In this document: positions 1 to 10,832 of the stretch, one piece after another | Numbering within the stretch: the first letter of the stretch is position 1 | How the letters are laid out: each line of letters starts with the position of its first letter | Assembly: GCA_973895155.1 (NCBI GenBank) | Contig: OZ316892.1 | Span: forward strand, 13,756,861 to 13,820,860 | Reading direction: 5' to 3' | Length of the DNA: 64,000 nucleotides | Source of the DNA: Marsupella aquatica | Lineage: Eukaryota > Plantae > Marchantiophyta | Translations under genes and position numbers: made by a program | The notes under the pieces: model-generated | Told to the model about the DNA's origin: nothing | Databases searched by the model: none | Seen by the model: only the letters and a program-made list of their open reading frames with translations

Positions 1-450
1 AGAGCCCTTGAGGCTTAAAATGAACTTCCCAACACATTCTCGTCTTACTTACGCACTCGAGTTCTCATACACACATCAACTACGCATTGCCCCACACTAA
101 ACAGGAGCAAAGGGTTACATTACGCATACACAAAAACTACACAGTAAATCAAAACGATACCGAGAAGCACCATGGGTACAACTTACCCAAAACTGGTGGA
201 AATAATTAAAAGTTACAAAGTACTGTATACACTTGCTATAGACACATGTGAAGGGCGTATTAACCCGTCATCTCTCGATGCTGAGATTGGCATGACATGA
301 AAGGGACAGACGATTGCCAGTGGGAACAACGTAACTAACGGGTGGGTTCCCTCCCCAGAGCTCACTTTCGAGAGGATCAAAATGCACAATGTGATAGGAT
401 CACTCTGGACAAATCAACTAATTCGGACTGCGACTCCTGTTGTTGAATTT

Positions 451-2019
451 CTATACTACGCTCTTTGCTGCCTCATTCCTCAGAGCATTCGCTCTCACTA
501 AACAACCAATGGTGTTGAAGGCGAGCTTGATATCGTCTATGGGGTTTCCTGGGACCACAGTCTTGTACAAGTAGCTATCAAAGGTCATCTTCTGGACGTA
601 GTCATCGGCACACATTTCCACAAATGCTTCACGGGCAGGATTAGATCGATAGAATACTTTCTGGAGAATGTCCAGCACCTTGTAGGTGGGCCAGTAGGTC
701 TTATCCCACTTTTGGAGGTAAACTCTCAGATCAGCCTCATCAATCATCCTCGTGCCATTGGCAGAGCCTTCCACTATGGCTTCAGCACACATCCTACCAG
801 ACTTAGCAGCAAAATAGATACCCTCTCCAGAACACTTGGTCACATACCCAGCTGCATCCCCAACAAGAGCCACTCGGCTGGCAACACGGCGTGGCCTGGG
901 GTGCTCTGGGATGGGGTGAGCTTCCACACGGATGATCTCTCCTCCAGCAATTTTATCCTTGGCACGGTTGCGCGTGGCCGTCTGATACTTCTTAATGGCA
1001 GGCTTGTTGACCACAGTGCCGGTTCCCACAGCAACATGATCACATTTGGGGAACACCCAGCCATAGAAATCAGGTGACACGTCATCACCCACATACATCT
1101 CGGCGAGGTTCTCATAGTACTCCATCTTGTCCTTTGGGATCCTAATTCTCTCTTGGAAAGCAATAGCGTAGTCATACTCACCGGCATCAATATCCTTTGC
1201 AACACGGCTGTTAGCTCCATCAGCACCAATGACAGCATCGACCTCAAGGGTTTTGGGCACACCCTTCGAAGAACCCTCTCCATAATCATTGTAGTACAAG
1301 ACGTATGGCGAATCGTCATCTTTCGGGATGTCCATCTTCATGAAGAGCCCGTTAATCACAGTAGCACCGGCCTCGCCAGCACGGTCCCTCAAGTACCCAT
1401 CGAGCACCTCTCTCCTCACCATCCCAATGTACTCCTGATCATTGAGGGTCTTCCCAACATCGACAGACACATTGGAAGGAGAGATCATTTTCATTTTAGT
1501 CACCTTCCTGTCAATTATGTCCATCGGGAGGTTGAATTCCCCAACCATGCAGAGAGGGATGGCACCTCCACAGGGCTTGGCGTTGTCCAACTTCCTCTCG
1601 AACAAAAACGTCTCGATTCCTCCCTGAGCCAGAGTCTCAGCCGCACACCCACCTGCAGGGCCTCCACCCACAACGGCCACCCGGAGCTTCCTGCCTTGAA
1701 TCTTCTTCCCGTTTTTCCCAGCATAGACCACGAGAGAGAACGTCTCCTGAACGACCTCGCCATCGTCATACACAGCCTCGGTGAGAGAGTCGTACTCCTT
1801 CTTGAAGACAGACCCAGCTCTCAAGCCATTGAAGCACTTCAGCTGCTGCTGCTGCTGCTTTACTCCTGTCTGTCCACCATTCCCAGATTTCACAACACCC
1901 ACAACTCTCGGCGAGCATCCCAAAATCTCAGCTCTTCTGCTCACATCTGAGGTCCTTCCAAGCGAAGACGAGACTCCCACGACAGAGCTTGCAACACCGA
2001 AAGCAGCTACCGCGGCCAT
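451..2019 (-). CDS. CHLP: Geranylgeranyl diphosphate reductase, chloroplast (intronless, ~522 aa)
   Basis: Contains LRVAVVGGGPAGGCAAETLA FAD-binding motif, AKPCGGAIP, VIGADGANSRVA and ALVGDAAGYVTKCSGEGIYFA. The Ser/Ala-rich transit-peptide-like N-terminus starts at ATG 2019 (MAAVAAF); the track's upstream start is non-ATG. Confidence 0.97.
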   Translation of the reverse strand: MAAVAAFGVASSVVGVSSSLGRTSDVSRRAEILGCSPRVVGVVKSGNGGQTGVKQQQQQLKCFNGLRAGSVFKKEYDSLTEAVYDDGEVVQETFSLVVYAGKNGKKIQGRKLRVAVVGGGPAGGCAAETLAQGGIETFLFERKLDNAKPCGGAIPLCMVGEFNLPMDIIDRKVTKMKMISPSNVSVDVGKTLNDQEYIGMVRREVLDGYLRDRAGEAGATVINGLFMKMDIPKDDDSPYVLYYNDYGEGSSKGVPKTLEVDAVIGADGANSRVAKDIDAGEYDYAIAFQERIRIPKDKMEYYENLAEMYVGDDVSPDFYGWVFPKCDHVAVGTGTVVNKPAIKKYQTATRNRAKDKIAGGEIIRVEAHPIPEHPRPRRVASRVALVGDAAGYVTKCSGEGIYFAAKSGRMCAEAIVEGSANGTRMIDEADLRVYLQKWDKTYWPTYKVLDILQKVFYRSNPAREAFVEMCADDYVQKMTFDSYLYKTVVPGNPIDDIKLAFNTIGCLVRANALRNEAAKSVV

Positions 2020-2244
2020 GGCGAGTCCTGCAACAATGCTTTGTGAAATTCGCAAACAATGTAGCTCAGAAAACTCCGAGCAAGAGCTTTGCTCTCGTGT
2101 CCCTCGGTCCGTCCACAGGAAGCGAAGACGGGTCACGAGGAAATGGAGAGTGAGCTCAAACCACTCGTCCAAAGAGTCACTCTCGTTCTCTGAGTACGGA
2201 GAGGCAGAGTCGGTACTCCCAGGACGCTGGAATGGTATTCTAAG

Positions 2245-2785
2245 CTTATGGTTTTATGAACTTGTACAGATGGATGCGCGTAAGCTATGGAAGAGCTCTC
2301 AGGACACAAAGTGTTTTTTACGGCCAGGACGAAATAGTTACCAAAATATGTACACATAGGGATTGATGAACTTGTCCAGATGCGCTTAAGAGCTCTCAGG
2401 AGGGCATTAGGGCGTGCAGGGCTGTAACTCAAGTTACAGCTAAGGACATAGAGTGCTTTTATGTACCTTTGCAAGGATTTATGAGCTTGTACAGATGCTC
2501 TGGAAGTGGTGTCAATAGGGCAATAAGGAGTGTCAAAGCAGGGTTAGGACATAAAGTGCTTTTTAAGGCCGGGACAAATTTGCTATGGGCTACCAAATAA
2601 GTACCCCATAAGGATTTATGAAATTATACAGATGCGTGTAAGCTATGAAAAAGCTCTCAGGAGAGCATTAGGACATGTCAGCAGGACTGCAAGTCAGTTA
2701 CAGATCAGGACATAAAATACTTTTATGGCCAGGATAAAATTGTGACCAGCCACCAAAATGCGTACCCCACAAGGATCATATATAC
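2245..2785. repeat. Degenerate tandem repeat (4-5 units, ~110-165 bp) upstream of CHLP
   Basis: Recurrent blocks GGATTTATGARCTTGTACAGATG, GAGCTCTCAGG, GGACATAAAGTGCTTTT and TACCAAAATANGTACCCCA near 2250, 2360, 2475, 2610 and 2770. Confidence 0.75.
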
Positions 2786-3243
2786 CTCCAAAATTCCACA
2801 GCCACAAGTTGGGACATTGTGCTTTTTCAGCCCCCACTAGCCATATAAAAGGGGAAGTGTCCAATACTTCTCCCCTTTTTTCACATGCAACTCATTTTTC
2901 TCCTCTCCCCTGCCATTTTGCTCTACAATTTCAGGAAAACAGTATTTTTTTATGATGAAACCTTGTGGATGCAACTTTTGTCATGACTAGTGGTGGTTTA
3001 AGTCTTGAATATTGCGTGAGCCTGTGTTTTTTCTTAGGACAATGTGGTCACAGAGGGCTTTAGGTTGGTTTAAAGGCGACATGAGTTTATCCTAAACTTC
3101 AAATGCTTTTCTAAAAAATATTGAAGCAAACATTGTGTCTTGGTGAATGTTGTCTAGGCTAGTCACACAATGTTACAATGGCATTTGTTACCACATAGTA
3201 GCCTTCAAACTCAAGCTAAAACACTCATTTTGGGGGGTGTGAT

Positions 3244-3575
3244 TGTTAAGGATTGCTCTTAGTCTTGTGACTCATAGGTTACGACACTTAGGCTAACCAC
3301 AGTTAGGATCTTAGCTGAGGTTAGGTTAGTCGTGTGTGACCTTGTATATACCAGGGCTAGTGTAAGCCGCTGGTGTGTGGTGCTAACTCATTGTAACGGA
3401 GCAACTTGAGGAAGAGGTAGAGCATGTGTGTTCGTCTACTCTTGAAGAAAAGCTTGAGTGTTCGTGTGGATGTAGCCTTGGAGAAGAGGTGAACCACGTA
3501 GAGATTGTGTCGACTATGTGTGCATGGAATGAGTCATGGTTGTATGGTCGTTGCGAATGACGTCTTAGTTCAACA
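3244..3575 (+). repeat. 5' LTR of copia-1
   Basis: TGTTAAG...TTCAACA, repeated at 9604-9935. Confidence 0.97.
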
Positions 3576-3577
3576 AT

Positions 3578-3589
3578 TGGTATCAGAGC
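3578..3589 (+). promoter_or_regulatory. Primer binding site (tRNA-iMet) of copia-1
   Basis: TGGTATCAGAGC two nt after the LTR. The same PBS occurs at 19502 and 25152. Confidence 0.93.
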
Positions 3590-4440
3590 AAGCCTGGGAG
3601 GTGACGTTGAGGTGATCAAAATTTTTGTGACTTGTTGTGACGGTTTTTCCAGCGGTTAGAGTTGGTGGATTTCACGGAGTTCTGTCGCATGGAACTTTGA
3701 GGTGTTGGGCTCAACGGATAGATCGGGGCAAGGGCTTTCCGACGGTGCAAAGAAATCTCTGAACGAAGTTCATGGTGCGGAGGAATTCACGTTTCCGTTG
3801 TTCTGGATTTTTTGTGATTCGTGTTCGATGGTTTTTTCTTCGACGGTTCTTTGGGGGGGGGGGGAACTGAGATCATTTTCTCGACGGTGTGAGCTTTGTG
3901 GTGCGCGAGGCGTCACAACCTTTAGCTCAAATCGTAGATCGGGCAAAGCTGATCATTTTGGTAGCTGGTTTGCTATCGAGGGTGTAGTGAGTGCGATGTA
4001 CCAAGCAAAAGAGCCGTTCTGAGTTTCTGACTGGCTATGGAGTCTTCTTTTGACTAAAGCGGGGTTACTTCTCATTGCGTTCGACTCGGAGGAAGAAACG
4101 GGAAGTGCAACGGCTCAACGGAGAGATCGCGATGCAGTGGTCATTTTGAGTCCAAGATTGACACTTGACGCGGAGTGAAGGAGTCATGACGAGAATTTTT
4201 TACTCTACTAGAGTTGCAAACGGTGCCGGTGCAATTCGGTAACATTTCCCGTCGACAACTAGTCTTTATCTGGTGTAAAGTGATAACGGCAGTGTGAGTA
4301 ACCCAACAATTTTATTTTTTGTACATATTTTGCCTGAGAATAGGGCCTTTTTTGTGGTGTGTATACACACCCTCCCGATCCTTGCACCCCTGTCAATACC
4401 CCGTTGGCGACCCCCTCCTCCTCCTCGCTAATACTCCCAT

Positions 4441-4552
4441 CGCGGACGTCGCAGCCGGCACGGACGTCGCAGCCGGCACGGACGTCGCAGCCGGCACGGA
4501 CGTCCCAGACGTCCCGACCGTCGCGGCCATCCCGGACGTCCCGGTCGTCGCA
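4441..4552 (+). repeat. GC-rich 18-bp tandem repeat (CGGACGTCGCAGCCGGCA x3 plus degenerate copies)
   Basis: Directly visible; lies within an extra segment in the copia-1 leader. Confidence 0.9.
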
Positions 4553-5268
4553 GCTCCATCCCTGCCCATTTTGACTCGGTTTTTAACTCCCCGGCCCCCT
4601 GTGCACTGCCTGGCCCGTCACGCGTCATGCGCCTTTTTTAAGACAATATTTTTGTGTTAAGGGGCTTAAACCCCCTTAGGCCCGGTTTTTTAATCCTTTC
4701 CAGGCTCCTCATTCGTTAAACGGCATCCCGGGCCCGGTGACCCACCAAATTAACCGCTTGGACAGGGGGAACGACCCCCTGTGAGACCTATTGCACAGTC
4801 CAAGGAATATTCCAAAAAAACAGAGAGCTGTTTTTCGGCCTTTAGTCGAAGATTCCAAGGTCCGAACGGTAACTTTTTTTGGATCTTTTTTGGCGAGAAC
4901 GTAGCCACTGAAGCTAGCAACGCGGTGCACCACTCGATTTCCATTTTTGACGACGGGTGGTACTTAGAATTTTTCTTATTCCCCGAGGTGGTCAAAACGG
5001 GGGAGAATTTTTGAGTTTTACCCACCCCGACCGAAATGTGAAAAAGTTTTTCGTCGGAACTCGGTTTTGATTTCGGATTTCAGCGTTGGCTTGCTAGGTT
5101 GGTGGGCTAAGTGGCGGTGAAAAGTTTCAAGTTTTTTGGAAAGTTGCGAAAAACAACATTTTTTCGTGATTTGGATTTGAGTCAACGAGCAGGAAGGAAG
5201 GAAAAAGCGAATAAAGCATATAGGGAACAGCACAGCAATAGCACGTGGAGAACGTTGGGAGAACAACG

Positions 5269-6171
5269 ATGGCATCCAAGTTTGGAGGTGTCAAGTTTGA
5301 GGTAGAAAAGTATGATGGGCGCACGGATTATTTGCTATGGGAGAAGCAGGTTAAAGGAATTCTTCGTGCTATGGGCCTAGATCATCTGCTATCGACTCGG
5401 GAGGAGTCTAGTAGTGAGGAAGAGATTCCGTTGAGGAAATGGAGGCAGGAGCAAGTGATCGTTGTGAATGCGGTTATGCTGTATCTGAAGCCGCATATCA
5501 TTAAGAAGCTGGACGATTATGAGGATTGCGTATCCTTATTCAAGGCCCTTAGAGAGAAGTACTACCGCGAAGATGCCTCAGATCGATTGTACAAGAAGTC
5601 TCTCTTGATGAGCTTGAGGCTAAAAGAAGGAGGCAAGTTTCAAGATCACTTGGATGAATTCGACAGCCTGGCTGTAGATTTGTCAAATCTTGGCAAGGGA
5701 GTGGAATATGAAGATAAGGCATTGCTTCTTCTCAGCTCCTTACCCCCATCGTATCAAGGTTTGAAGCAGGTTCTCTTGTATAGAGACCTCAAAACTATTT
5801 CATATGATGAGGTGGTAAGCTCTTTGCTGTCAGATGATGCACAGAAGAAACTGGGTCATACCCAGACACCATTTTCATCTAGCAGTGCATTGAATGTGAA
5901 CCGCGGGAGGACTCAACAGCGGATGACTAGCGAAAATAGGTCCTTTTCACAAACGTACCCCTCACGGAATAGAGGCAAGGAGAAGGCTCGGTCTAAGTCT
6001 AGATTCAGGTCTAGAGAAAACTCTCTAGAAAGAAAACCAATTATATGCTGGAAATGTAACAAGCCTGGCCACATGAAACGAGACTGTCGAGTCAAGCAGA
6101 CTTATCAACCATCAGCGAACGCAGCCACTGATGATGATATGATTGACTTGCTTGATGATGAAATCTTGTGA
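5269..6171 (+). CDS. gag: copia-1 Gag (retrotransposon gag domain, CCHC zinc knuckle), ending in TGA in frame with protease
   Basis: KFEVEKYDG, LLLSSLPPSY, CWKCNKPGHMKRDC; ATG at 5269. Confidence 0.92.
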   Translation: MASKFGGVKFEVEKYDGRTDYLLWEKQVKGILRAMGLDHLLSTREESSSEEEIPLRKWRQEQVIVVNAVMLYLKPHIIKKLDDYEDCVSLFKALREKYYREDASDRLYKKSLLMSLRLKEGGKFQDHLDEFDSLAVDLSNLGKGVEYEDKALLLLSSLPPSYQGLKQVLLYRDLKTISYDEVVSSLLSDDAQKKLGHTQTPFSSSSALNVNRGRTQQRMTSENRSFSQTYPSRNRGKEKARSKSRFRSRENSLERKPIICWKCNKPGHMKRDCRVKQTYQPSANAATDDDMIDLLDDEIL

Positions 6172-9100
6172 AGTCAAGATGTTGCCCTTTGCATTTCATC
6201 CAATAACAACGGTGATGAATGGATTTTAGACTGTGCCTGTACCTATCATATTTGTTGTATGAAAGAGTTTTTTTAGTTCTTACTCAATATCAACCGGTTC
6301 CGTGTTGATGGGGAATGATCATCCTTGTCAAATTATTGGAATTGGATCCGTGAAAATTCGGATGTTTGATGGAGCTGTGCGAACAGTGAGTAATGTCAGA
6401 CACATACCTGACATGAAAAAGAACTTGATTTCTCTTGGAATGCTGGAAGCAAATGGATGTCGGTGGAGTTCTACTGATAGTATTCTTCAAGTGTCAACCG
6501 GAGGTAAGGTTGTCATGAAGGGTAAGCGGCACAGGAATCTATACGTGTTGGAGGGCAACGTGATTTGTGAAGAAGCCAATGTAACTAGATCTCAATGCGA
6601 GATGACTCAGTTGTGGCACTGCAGATTGGGACACATGAGTGAAAAGGGTTTGGCGGTACTTCGCAGGAAAGGACTTCTTTCTAATTTGGAATCTACTAAG
6701 CTAGATTTTTGTGAACACTGTGTGCTTGGGAAGCAGCACAGGAGAACCTTTGGTGTTGGAACTCACAATACCAAAGCTATACTTGAGTATGTACATAGTG
6801 ATGTGTGGGGTCCAGCCCCAACTCCCTCACTTTCTGGAAAATTGTACTATGTCACGTTCATTGATGATTACTCAAGGTATGTGTGGATCACATTTCTACA
6901 CGCCAAGTCTGAAGTTTTTGGCACTTTTAAGAAGTGGAAAGCCCAAATTGAGAATCAGACTGGATCCAAGGTGAGATATCTGCGATCAGATAACGGCGGG
7001 GAGTACAGTTCAAGTGAATTTGAACTATATTGTGCAGAGCAAAGGATTACTCGTCATCTCACGACAGTTTATACTCCTCAACAGAATGGTGTTTGTGAGC
7101 GGCTAAACCAAACACTATTGGAGTGATCGAGGAGTATGTTGAGCCAATCAGGTTTACTGCATGAATTTTGGGCTGAAGCTATAAATACGGCCACTTATTT
7201 GGTAAATCTTTCTCCTTCAAGTGCAATCAATTTCAAGACTCCGTTTGAAATGAGGTATGGACGGCACGCAGACTATCAGGTTTTGAGAGTCTTTGGAAGT
7301 GATGCATATGCTCTCACACCTAAGCAGAATCGATCTAAACTAGATTCTACTTCCAAGAAGTGTCTTTTTCTTGGTTATCAGCCAGGTGTGAAAGGTTACA
7401 GGCTTTGGGATCCAGAAGCTTGTACATTGCTTGTCAATAGAGATGTATCCTTTAATGACTCCAGATCATCAAAGGAGGGGGAGAATGCTCAGGCTTCCCG
7501 TGCTGACAAAGGTAAATCTCCTATCCTGGACCATGTTGTGGGGGAGATTGGTCATGAGAGTTTTCATGACATAAATGAAGGAGGTGCTCCGAGAATGGAG
7601 CTGGTTCCGATAATGGAACAAGAAGAGCAGGCTGTTGATGGAATACCTCAAATTCAACCAACAGAACAAGATCAACCAGAATCATCAACTAGAAAATCAA
7701 GACGTACTACTCGAGCTCCTACAAGGTATGGACAATGGACAGATTCATCAAGGTTAGATGATGTTGACATTGCACCTAATGATGATGACAGAGCACTGAT
7801 CTTGGAAGAAGGAGAACCTTCTTCTTATCATGAGGCGTGCATTTCAGACGAGAAAGATGAATGGAATGCAGCGATGCAGAGGGAGTTGCAATCTTTAAGT
7901 GACAATAGAACATGGGAGCTGGTGCAGCTGCCAAGTGATCAACAAGTGGTGGATAGCAAGTGGATTTACAAGCTGAAGGACAACTCTTCAGATGGAGGAG
8001 ACAAGATATACAAGGCAAGGCTTGTTGCCAAGGGATTCACTCAAGAGAAGGGAGTGGATTACAATGAGGTCTTCTCTCTAGTTGCCAAGTATTCCACGAT
8101 ACGAATTTTGTGTCAATTTGTTGTGTTTTTTGATCTGGTGTTAGATCAAATGGATGTTGTTACTGCTTTTCTCTATGGCACCTTGGAGGAACAAATTTTC
8201 ATGAGGCAACCACTGGGCTTTGTGAAGAAGGGCCAAGGGAGTTTAGTTTGCAGGTTACTTAAGTCCTTGTATGGATTGAAGCAAGCTCCTCGGCAGTGGA
8301 ACAAGCGGTTTGATGATTTCATGCTTGCACAAGGATTCACTAGGATGGTGTATGACCCTTGTGTGTATACAAAATCAGTCAAGAATGATGTGTTTGGTTT
8401 GCTCATTCTGGTGCTCTATGTGGATGACATGTTGATTGTGGCTAAGGATCAAACTGAGGTTGACAAACTCAAAGCAAAATTGAGTTCTGAATTCCGAATG
8501 AAGGATCTTGGGAAAGCCAAGAGGATCTTAGGTATGGAGATTACGAGGAACTTTGAAACTGGACATTTGTGGCTGAATCAAGGCAAGTATGCTAAAAAGG
8601 TACTTGCAAGATTCAACATGGAAAATTGTAAGCCAGTAAGTATTCCTTTGGCTCCACATTTCAAGTTATCATCGGCTTTCTGCCCCACGGATCCAGTGGA
8701 GAGAGGTTTGATGACTAAGGTTCCATATGAGAAGGCAGTGGGCAGTCTAATGTATTTGATGACATGTACCAAACCTGATCTAGCCCTAGCAATGGGCAAA
8801 GTGAGTAGATTCATGTCAATCCAGGGAAGGTACATTGGGAGGCTGTGAAATAGATTCTCAGGTATCTTAAGGGCACAATAGACCATGGTCTGTTGTTTGA
8901 TAGTAGATCAAACAAAACCAAATCTTTGGTTGGCTATGTAGATTCTGATTACGGAGGCTGTCTGGAAACAAGGAGGTCAACGACTGGGTATATGTTTACT
9001 CTTGGAAGAGGATGCATAAGTTGAAGATCTACCTTGCAGAAGTGTGTATCTCAGTCTACTACAGAAGCAGAATATGTTGCAGAAGCAGAAGCAGCAAAGG

Positions 9101-9399
9101 AAGCAATTTGGTTGGATAAGCTGGTCACTGAGATGGGATTGGAGCATGGAAAAATGACTCTTCATTGTGACAGCCAAAGTGCGCTTCACCTAGCTATAAA
9201 CCAGGTTATGGATAGCAGAGTGAAACACATTGACATCAGGTACCATTTTATTAGGCAAGCAGTGTCTGATAAAATGTTTGAGCTAGTCAAGATTGATGGA
9301 AAGCTCAACCCGGCTGATGCTTTTACCAAAGTGATTCCTTTGGAGAGTTACTCGAGACACCGTGCTACTTTGCAAGTTTTGCATTTGCAGCACAAGTAG
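6172..9399 (+). pseudogene. pol: copia-1 Pol (PR-INT-RT-RNaseH), disrupted
   Basis: WILDCAC protease, LWHCRLGH..CEHC, VHSDVWGP, LRSDNGGEY, YVDDML, CDSQSA/KHIDIRYHF. Lesions: +1 T at ~6270, TGA 7124, -1 frameshift ~8818, TAG 8851, TGA 9022. Confidence 0.93.
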
Positions 9400-9603
9400 A
9401 GTAACTTAACAATATGTAATTTATGTATATGGGTTACTCAATCCTATTATGGCTACGGCTTAATTCTAGTTAACCCTTAGTTAACCTTAAATGGTTTTTA
9501 GGGGGACACCTATGGTTTTAGGTGATTGTCTAGAATTTCCCGCTGAGTATCTCATATGGATAGCAGAAATTGCAGTCCCCAAGACTAGAGTCAAGGGGGA
9601 GTT

Positions 9604-9935
9604 TGTTAAGGATTGCTCTTAGTCTTGTGACTCATAGGTTACGACACTTAGGCTAACCATAGTTAGGATCTTAGCTGAGGTTAGGTTAGTCGTGTGTGAC
9701 CTTGTATATACCAGGGCTAGTGTAAGCCGCTGGTGTGTGGTGCTAACTCATTGTAACGGAGCAACTTGAGGAAGAGGTAGAGCATGTGTGTTCGTCTACT
9801 CTTGAAGAAAAGCTTGAGTGTTCGTGTGGATGTAGCCTTGGAGAAGAGGTGAACCACGTAGAGATTGTGTCGACTATGTGTGCATGGAATGAGTCATGGT
9901 TGTATGGTCGTTGCGAATGACGTCTTAGTTCAACA
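9604..9935 (+). repeat. 3' LTR of copia-1
   Basis: Near-identical to 3244-3575; preceded by PPT AAGGGGGAG and followed by TSD GTGAT. Confidence 0.97.
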
Positions 9936-10698
9936 GTGATGACCCACAATGCCCTGTTACCAGAGTTATTGTATGTAAAAAACTTGGGCCAGGCTCTAAG
10001 TTGAAGTCAAAGTTGGACGGACTGGGACTTTATCCCTGGTGATCCCTGCAGAGGACCCTACGTGACACAAAAACTCACCACTCTACAGCCAAACGTGAGA
10101 GAAGTCGGTTACAAATGAATGGTAAAAGGTGTAACTGTAAGATGGAAATGTTGCGGTAGCTCCTCAATGGCAAAGCTCGTCGAAGCACTCTTTGTATAAG
10201 AGCAACAATAACTGAAAGCAAGGATTCTCTAACAAAGCTCCCCCAAGTTGCAGTGTCCCTTCACAAATGATCAAATGAATGCCACAATGAATGGCCCAGA
10301 ATCTCGAGGCCGTGTGTAGAAAAATTGCAATGCATTTGTGAAATTGACTAGGTTTGGTTGTTCACATTGAACAAACTCCTTGAGGCGCTGCAAGTAAAAA
10401 GTGAAATACTCACACAACTCGTGGTTTCAATACAATAATGTCTGATAGGTCCATTAAGACCTAAATGACCAAGGAGCTACCAAGGAGACCCGTTTGGTAA
10501 TGTAACTGAAACAAGTTGCAAACTGTCAGGAGACTGTTCCTTTACAGGTCCCATTTATAGTAAAAAATTTCAAAACAATTTTACTTGAGCCAATTTAATT
10601 GAACACCCTGGCCGGTCCAAGTCCATCTGATCCGGGTTTCACAGACAACATGAAGGTCCATCCGGTCTTCTTCTTCCTTGAAGTTGCATTTTCTCTTA

Positions 10699-10832
10699 CA
10701 TTTGGGTTTACTCTATGTTGTATGCAAGATAGTGAAGAGTTCATTTGGGTTTACTCTATGTTGTATGCAAGATAGAGTTCATGTTAGTGAACATGTTTAC
10801 TAACATGTTCACTCTATATTGTATGCAAGATT
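10699..10832. repeat. Short tandem duplication (CATTTGGGTTTACTCTATGTTGTATGCAAGAT, 2-3 copies)
   Basis: Copies at ~10699 and ~10742, with a degenerate one at ~10805. Confidence 0.75.

Larger units (their letters stand above)
3244..9935 (+). mobile_element. Full-length Ty1/copia LTR retrotransposon (copia-1), defective
   Basis: 332-bp TG..CA LTRs at 3244-3575 and 9604-9935 (one mismatch seen); TSD GTGAT at 3239-3243 and 9936-9940; PBS TGGTATCAGAGC at 3578; PPT before the 3' LTR; domain order gag-PR-INT-RT-RH. Confidence 0.97.

Noticed and set aside
2020-2172. N-terminal extension of the CHLP ORF in the track
   Set aside because: It begins at a non-ATG codon; the first ATG (2019) gives a transit-peptide-like start.
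712-2359. Plus-strand ORFs of 121-265 aa overlapping CHLP
   Set aside because: Antisense shadows of a conserved coding sequence.
4319-4660. ORFs with AAGTDV/PARTSQ repeats
   Set aside because: By-products of an 18-bp GC-rich tandem repeat.
9400-9603. Possible env-like extra ORF between pol and the 3' LTR
   Set aside because: The region is only ~200 bp in all three elements and has no ORF.
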